Below are positions 16,347 through 20,987 of a stretch of 20,987 bases of DNA, one piece after another. The DNA is taken from positions 1-20,987 of the forward strand of contig JBHLLP010000055.1 in the NCBI GenBank assembly GCA_048885525.1, in the 5' to 3' direction. Both the position numbers and the translations under genes were made by a program. The DNA is from Candidatus Hermodarchaeota archaeon. Lineage in GTDB: Archaea; Asgardarchaeota; Lokiarchaeia; Sigyniarchaeales; SOKP01. The stretch's first letter is position 1. Each line of letters begins with the position of its first letter. The notes under the pieces are model-generated. The model did no database searches, was not told the origin of the DNA, and saw nothing but the letters and a program-made list of their open reading frames with translations.

Positions 16347-17480
16347 ATGGATATTTCAGATATAAAAATTGGAACTGAAAGCAGCATATTCGGCCCAATT
16401 GATAAGGGAATTAATCAAATAAAAAGATTAGAGGAAATTGGTTATGATTCTGTTTGGATGGCAGATCATTTAATGGGTTGGACTCCGGAATCAATCTGGA
16501 CCCCAGATCTTATAAAAATTGCTAGGATTCAACAAGATCCACATATTTTTCATGAAGTTTATTCTTTACTGGCTGTTGCGGGATGGATTACAAAAAAAAT
16601 TTTGTTAGGAACAAGTGTTACTGAGACTTTTAGACGACATCCAGCTGTATTAGCACAAACTTTAATAACCCAAGACAATATTTCTAAAGGTAGAATTATT
16701 TTAGGGATAGGTACAGGTGAAGGAGAAAATATTATACCTTATGGAATAAAATGGGATAAACCTGTTAGTAGATTAGAAGAATCTATAAAAATAATTAAAC
16801 TCCTATGGAAAAGTGGTAAAAAAGTAAATTTTGAAGGTAAATTTTGGAAGCTGAAGGATGCTGTATTAACTGCAAAGCCATTTAGAAAAAATAAATATCC
16901 TCCTATCTGGATAGCAGCACATGGACCAAAAATGCTGGATTTAACTGGGCGATTGGGTGATGGATGGTTACCAGCATATTCAGACCCTCAAGCTTATAAA
17001 TATAGGTTAAATCATATTCACAATGCAGCAAAAAAAGCTGGAAGAGATACCGATGAGATAACTCCGGGATTGTATGCATATACAATTATAGATGAAGATC
17101 ATAATGTATGTGATGATTTAATTGGCAGTCCTTATGTTAAAAATATGTTGTTGGCATTTCCGAATTCTATTTATAAAGAATATGGAACTGAACATCCATT
17201 AGGTGAAGATTTTTACGGATTAATTGATTACATTCCTACAAAATATAACAAAGAGACAATCTTGGAAGCTATTAAAAAAATCCCCCATAAAATGTGTGAT
17301 GACCATATCTTACATGGAACACCTGATGAAATAATTAATAAAATTGAAAAATATGCACAGGTTGGAATGAAGCATATTGTTCTTACTAATTTCACATTTG
17401 TAAACGATTTGTCAAAAATTAAAAGTTCATTCCACAATATGCAAAAAGTATTGAATTATTTCAAGGATAACAAACCTTAA
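16347..17480 (+). CDS. LLM-class (luciferase-like), probably F420-dependent oxidoreductase
   Basis: 377 aa. GYDSVWMADH, LGTSVT..RRHPAVLAQ, SKGRIILGIGTGE, PIWIAAHGPKML.LTGRLGDGW and GTPDEII. GAGGTA SD lies 7 nt before the ATG. Confidence 0.92.
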   Translation: MDISDIKIGTESSIFGPIDKGINQIKRLEEIGYDSVWMADHLMGWTPESIWTPDLIKIARIQQDPHIFHEVYSLLAVAGWITKKILLGTSVTETFRRHPAVLAQTLITQDNISKGRIILGIGTGEGENIIPYGIKWDKPVSRLEESIKIIKLLWKSGKKVNFEGKFWKLKDAVLTAKPFRKNKYPPIWIAAHGPKMLDLTGRLGDGWLPAYSDPQAYKYRLNHIHNAAKKAGRDTDEITPGLYAYTIIDEDHNVCDDLIGSPYVKNMLLAFPNSIYKEYGTEHPLGEDFYGLIDYIPTKYNKETILEAIKKIPHKMCDDHILHGTPDEIINKIEKYAQVGMKHIVLTNFTFVNDLSKIKSSFHNMQKVLNYFKDNKP

Positions 17481-17742
17481 AAATTTAGAAGAGAAAATTT
17501 TATGTAATATTTATAATATTTTTATTTTATCGTTAATTTCAATTTTCAAGCAAGATTTTTTACATTTCAAACACAAATTCAGGTTTCATAATAACTAATA
17601 AAATATTATGTACATATTTTAATAATTCAATTTCCGATTTTGATATAATAAACCAGAAAAAAAAATAAATTTAAAGATTCAAAACACTATTACAAAAATA
17701 TTAGGTATATAATTTATAGTTTTAAGGATAAAAACTCTTATA

Positions 17743-20700
17743 ATGATCTATAGTCACAATACCTCAAAAAATAAAAGGATTAAAGTAATTGTTATTACAT
17801 TTTCAATTTTAATTATCTTAAGTTTTATAGACTTTAATAATTCCTTAATTTCTATAATTAACTCCAATGAAGAAAAGCAATTTAATGACGATTTAAATGA
17901 TTTTAAAAATCCTAAAATAAATTCGAACGGTCCAAATGCAAGACCTTTGTTAATATATCAGCATGCCACTATTTCCAACACCTTTCTCCCTTTATCATTA
18001 CCTCAAAATGTCAGTTTTACATTATCAGAAAATTGGATTTCTAAAAATGTTACACTATATTATGATGGAGTATCTCATAAAAAGGATTGGATTATCAATG
18101 GGACTTTTGATACTGGTGTAGCTCCATGGCAATTTATTACTTCTGATATTACAGTAATAGAGAGTATAGCATGGCAACCAGAATATGTGGGGATAGAAAT
18201 TGCTAAAAATAAACTAGTTCCTAAAGGAGCTTACGGTTTTTATGAAGATAATTTTACAATTGCTGAACCATTAGCTTCTAATACAATTGCAACTTTATCT
18301 ATGAGATACAAACATACTTTAGAGGCAGGAGGATCGATTTCAAATGAAAATATTAGTGCTTTTATTTCTATTGCAGCTGGAAATGTTCAAAAAAACATTT
18401 CTATACCCTTTATTGATTTGGTGAAAAATTATTGGACAGAGATGAGTGTAACCTATGATCTCACAAATATTGGTCAGCAACTTCCCAATAATATTACAGT
18501 AAGAGCAGGAGTTTATGTACATAATGAGACTCAAACTAGTCCCAAAATACACTATCTTTATCTTGACGATATTAAATTTCAAGTTTGGACTGAACCAAAT
18601 GAAAAAAATTTAATTATCGCCAAGGATGTTGATTTTAATGTGGAATATGGTTATCAAAACATTACATATGGTAAAGGCAAAACCTTTATTGATATCGAAA
18701 GAAATAGTACAGTAACTAGAGACGTTAAATTCACAATCTCAAAAAATTCGACTATTACAAATGAATTATTTATCTATAACATAACTATTGTTTCGCAAAC
18801 AATTAAAATTTTTAATTCAACAATAAATGGTCAAACTGGTAGTCTTTATTTGCCTCAAACTGACATAAATTGGAAAATAGAGTGTTCTATTTCAATTCCT
18901 TATGGTTATATTAATAATTGGGTTGAAATCAAGAAGCCTATTGATTGGAACGTTACTTCTGTCTTGAATGGATATGGAGTTGAAAAAAAATCAAGCTGCA
19001 TTGGGATAGAATATGGTTCTGACAGTTTAATAATACCTATTGGGGAATTGAGTACCGGCTTTTGGACCGTTCAAGCAATTGGGGTAAATTATATTAGTAA
19101 AGGAACTATGGCTGTTTGGAATGGAACACATCATAATGAAGAATACCTTGTTTCATACGGAGATAACTTTCTTATAAAAGTAAGTTTAAATGAGACAATT
19201 TCTTTGACGAATACACAAATAAATTGCACAATTGAATATCCTAATGGCACGATTTTCAATGAAATTCAAAAAGAACCATTATCATACGATGTAGATCTTG
19301 AAGATTTTACAGTTGGAGATAACATGTCGGTTGGAGAATATCAAGTAAGTATAATATGGACGAATAATCAATCTTATTTAAGAAGAGATAAAGTAGGATT
19401 TTCTCAATTTTCATTCAAAGTATGGCATCATACAAATCTAACTGCTATAAATTCTTATGTAGAAAGAGTTTCCGGAGAACCACTTTTAATAAGAGTAAAG
19501 TATGTGGATTTAGATTTTAATAAAAATATTGATTTTGCTACAGTAACTTATAATTCTACTTTCGGGACTTTTGGAAATATGGCTTATATTGGTTCAGGAG
19601 TCTATGTTATCGACGTTGATTCAAGTGGATTAGGAGTTGGAGATTATTATTTTTCATTCAATGCTTCAAAAAGTTACTATGAGAATCAATCTATAGCAAA
19701 TCTAATTCATTTAAAAATAATAATTCAACCACTAGAATTAGAGGTTCCGCATACTATTATCAATGCATTAGCAAATGATTATGCTATTTGTCAGATAAAT
19801 GTTACTGGAGCGATTTCTGGAACTTTATTACCTGGTGATACAAATATTACTACTGATTGGATGAATCCGTATTCTGTTACAAATATTAGTACTGGTATAT
19901 ATGAACTTAACTTTTCAACATATAATATCCCATCTCAAGGTATTACAGAAGTTTATACTGTTACTATTTTTGCTAATAAGACTGATTATGGAAGCACTAC
20001 TGGCTTTATTTCGATACAGGTACAACCCTTAGCTGCCACAGTAAATCTAAATCAATCTATCGTTAATATATTATTCAATGAGAGTTTTTATTTAAAGTTG
20101 AATTATAGTGAAACTGGAACTGGTGAATTAATTGCCGGAGCCCAATTAAATGTAACATGGACATCAACCTATACGATTTATCCTGTTTCTGATGGTTTTA
20201 TAGTATTTTTTTCTACTGTCAATCTTTCGATAGATATTTATACAATTATCTTTCAATTAAGTCATCCAGGGTATGAAACTACTTTTGAGAAGATATTTGT
20301 AAATATAGGTCCAAAACTAGCTTATATAGAACTATATTTGAATCAAGAAGACAGAACAACAGAAAAGACCATCACAATTGAATCCAATGAGGATTTGAAT
20401 ATTACCGTATTATGTAAGGATTCTTTAACAAATAATTTCATTTCTGGTGCTATGGTTGAATTGAATGGACCAGGAGTTTCAAGAATCTTAAATGAAAATG
20501 GGCAACAATATGAAACTAATTTAAGTGCAGGTTCTTTACCTATTGGAATTCATTTCCCAACAATTACAATCAATAAAGAAAATTATTTCCTCACTTCAGA
20601 AACTTTTAAAATTGTAGTAGAACAAGTAGAGATTTCAGTAGGGACTATAGGTTTTAAAACATCTCTTGACGTATATGCTGGAAGCACTCAATTAATTAAG

Positions 20701-20987
20701 ATTAACTTGACTGAACAAAATACTGGAATTTTAATTCCGAATGCTAATATTTCATTCTTGTGGAGATATTCCACAGAATTAAATTACTTTGAAGATTTAG
20801 GTGATGGGACTTATCAAATTCAAATAAATATTCCAAGCAGTGCATCGGGAAGTTTTAGAGTTGATCTTCTGATATCAGTTGAAGAAGGATTTTATAAAAT
20901 TACGGAATTCTCTTTTCTTATTGTAGTATTACAAGAATCAACTGGTGATAATACTTTAGTTTGGATAGTTTCGATAATACTATTAAG
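17743..20987 (+). CDS. Large cell-surface glycoprotein with CBM-like and Ig-like repeats, 3'-partial
   Basis: Not in the ORF track. Hand translation from ATG 17743 shows no stop over 1081 codons. N-terminal KNKRIK plus hydrophobic segment, beta-rich repeats (GxYxIxxxT/S...Y...xxxKxxY), many NxS/T sequons, and a hydrophobic helix starting at the edge (TLVWIVSIILL). Confidence 0.88.
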   Translation, partial: MIYSHNTSKNKRIKVIVITFSILIILSFIDFNNSLISIINSNEEKQFNDDLNDFKNPKINSNGPNARPLLIYQHATISNTFLPLSLPQNVSFTLSENWISKNVTLYYDGVSHKKDWIINGTFDTGVAPWQFITSDITVIESIAWQPEYVGIEIAKNKLVPKGAYGFYEDNFTIAEPLASNTIATLSMRYKHTLEAGGSISNENISAFISIAAGNVQKNISIPFIDLVKNYWTEMSVTYDLTNIGQQLPNNITVRAGVYVHNETQTSPKIHYLYLDDIKFQVWTEPNEKNLIIAKDVDFNVEYGYQNITYGKGKTFIDIERNSTVTRDVKFTISKNSTITNELFIYNITIVSQTIKIFNSTINGQTGSLYLPQTDINWKIECSISIPYGYINNWVEIKKPIDWNVTSVLNGYGVEKKSSCIGIEYGSDSLIIPIGELSTGFWTVQAIGVNYISKGTMAVWNGTHHNEEYLVSYGDNFLIKVSLNETISLTNTQINCTIEYPNGTIFNEIQKEPLSYDVDLEDFTVGDNMSVGEYQVSIIWTNNQSYLRRDKVGFSQFSFKVWHHTNLTAINSYVERVSGEPLLIRVKYVDLDFNKNIDFATVTYNSTFGTFGNMAYIGSGVYVIDVDSSGLGVGDYYFSFNASKSYYENQSIANLIHLKIIIQPLELEVPHTIINALANDYAICQINVTGAISGTLLPGDTNITTDWMNPYSVTNISTGIYELNFSTYNIPSQGITEVYTVTIFANKTDYGSTTGFISIQVQPLAATVNLNQSIVNILFNESFYLKLNYSETGTGELIAGAQLNVTWTSTYTIYPVSDGFIVFFSTVNLSIDIYTIIFQLSHPGYETTFEKIFVNIGPKLAYIELYLNQEDRTTEKTITIESNEDLNITVLCKDSLTNNFISGAMVELNGPGVSRILNENGQQYETNLSAGSLPIGIHFPTITINKENYFLTSETFKIVVEQVEISVGTIGFKTSLDVYAGSTQLIKINLTEQNTGILIPNANISFLWRYSTELNYFEDLGDGTYQIQINIPSSASGSFRVDLLISVEEGFYKITEFSFLIVVLQESTGDNTLVWIVSIILL

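Noticed and set aside
17481-17742. Short minus-strand peptide containing CLKCKKSC in the intergenic region
   Set aside because: Very short, bounded by stops, with no SD or family resemblance.
16903-18582. Minus-strand ORFs 16903..17085, 17228..17437 and 18340..18582
   Set aside because: Antisense to the LLM gene and the surface-protein gene.
1-20987. CRISPR arrays, tRNA/rRNA genes, IS elements
   Set aside because: No regularly spaced repeats, GC-rich structured RNA segments, transposase ORFs or terminal inverted repeats were seen by eye.

Overview
AT-rich (about 30% GC by eye) archaeal chromosomal window. Two TFB-family genes, GAGGTG-type Shine-Dalgarno (SD) sites, a tungsten AOR, an F420-type LLM enzyme and a giant Ig-repeat surface protein suggest an Asgard archaeon (Lokiarchaeia-like); this assignment is inference. 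Order: partial AOR (-), QueG-like Fe-S protein (-), double Lrp/AsnC regulator (+), a coupled trio of Cys-rich protein, flavodoxin and membrane protein (-), a small membrane protein (+), a truncated Fe-S protein remnant (-), an unannotated LIM-like double zinc finger (+), TFB (+), a 4-TM protein (-), a divergent TFB-like protein (+), two tandem P-type ATPases (+), a GNAT remnant, a DUF362 Fe-S protein, an LLM oxidoreductase, and a >1080-aa surface glycoprotein running off the right end. The strongest signal is the ATPase pair. Both have a P2 (Ca2+-pump-like) scaffold and intact catalytic motifs, but the M4 PEGL motif is replaced by PINL/PINI, resembling the PISL of eukaryotic P4 lipid flippases, and the M6 Asp is replaced by His. 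They are unlikely to be ordinary Ca2+ pumps. No rRNA, tRNA, CRISPR array or mobile element was seen.
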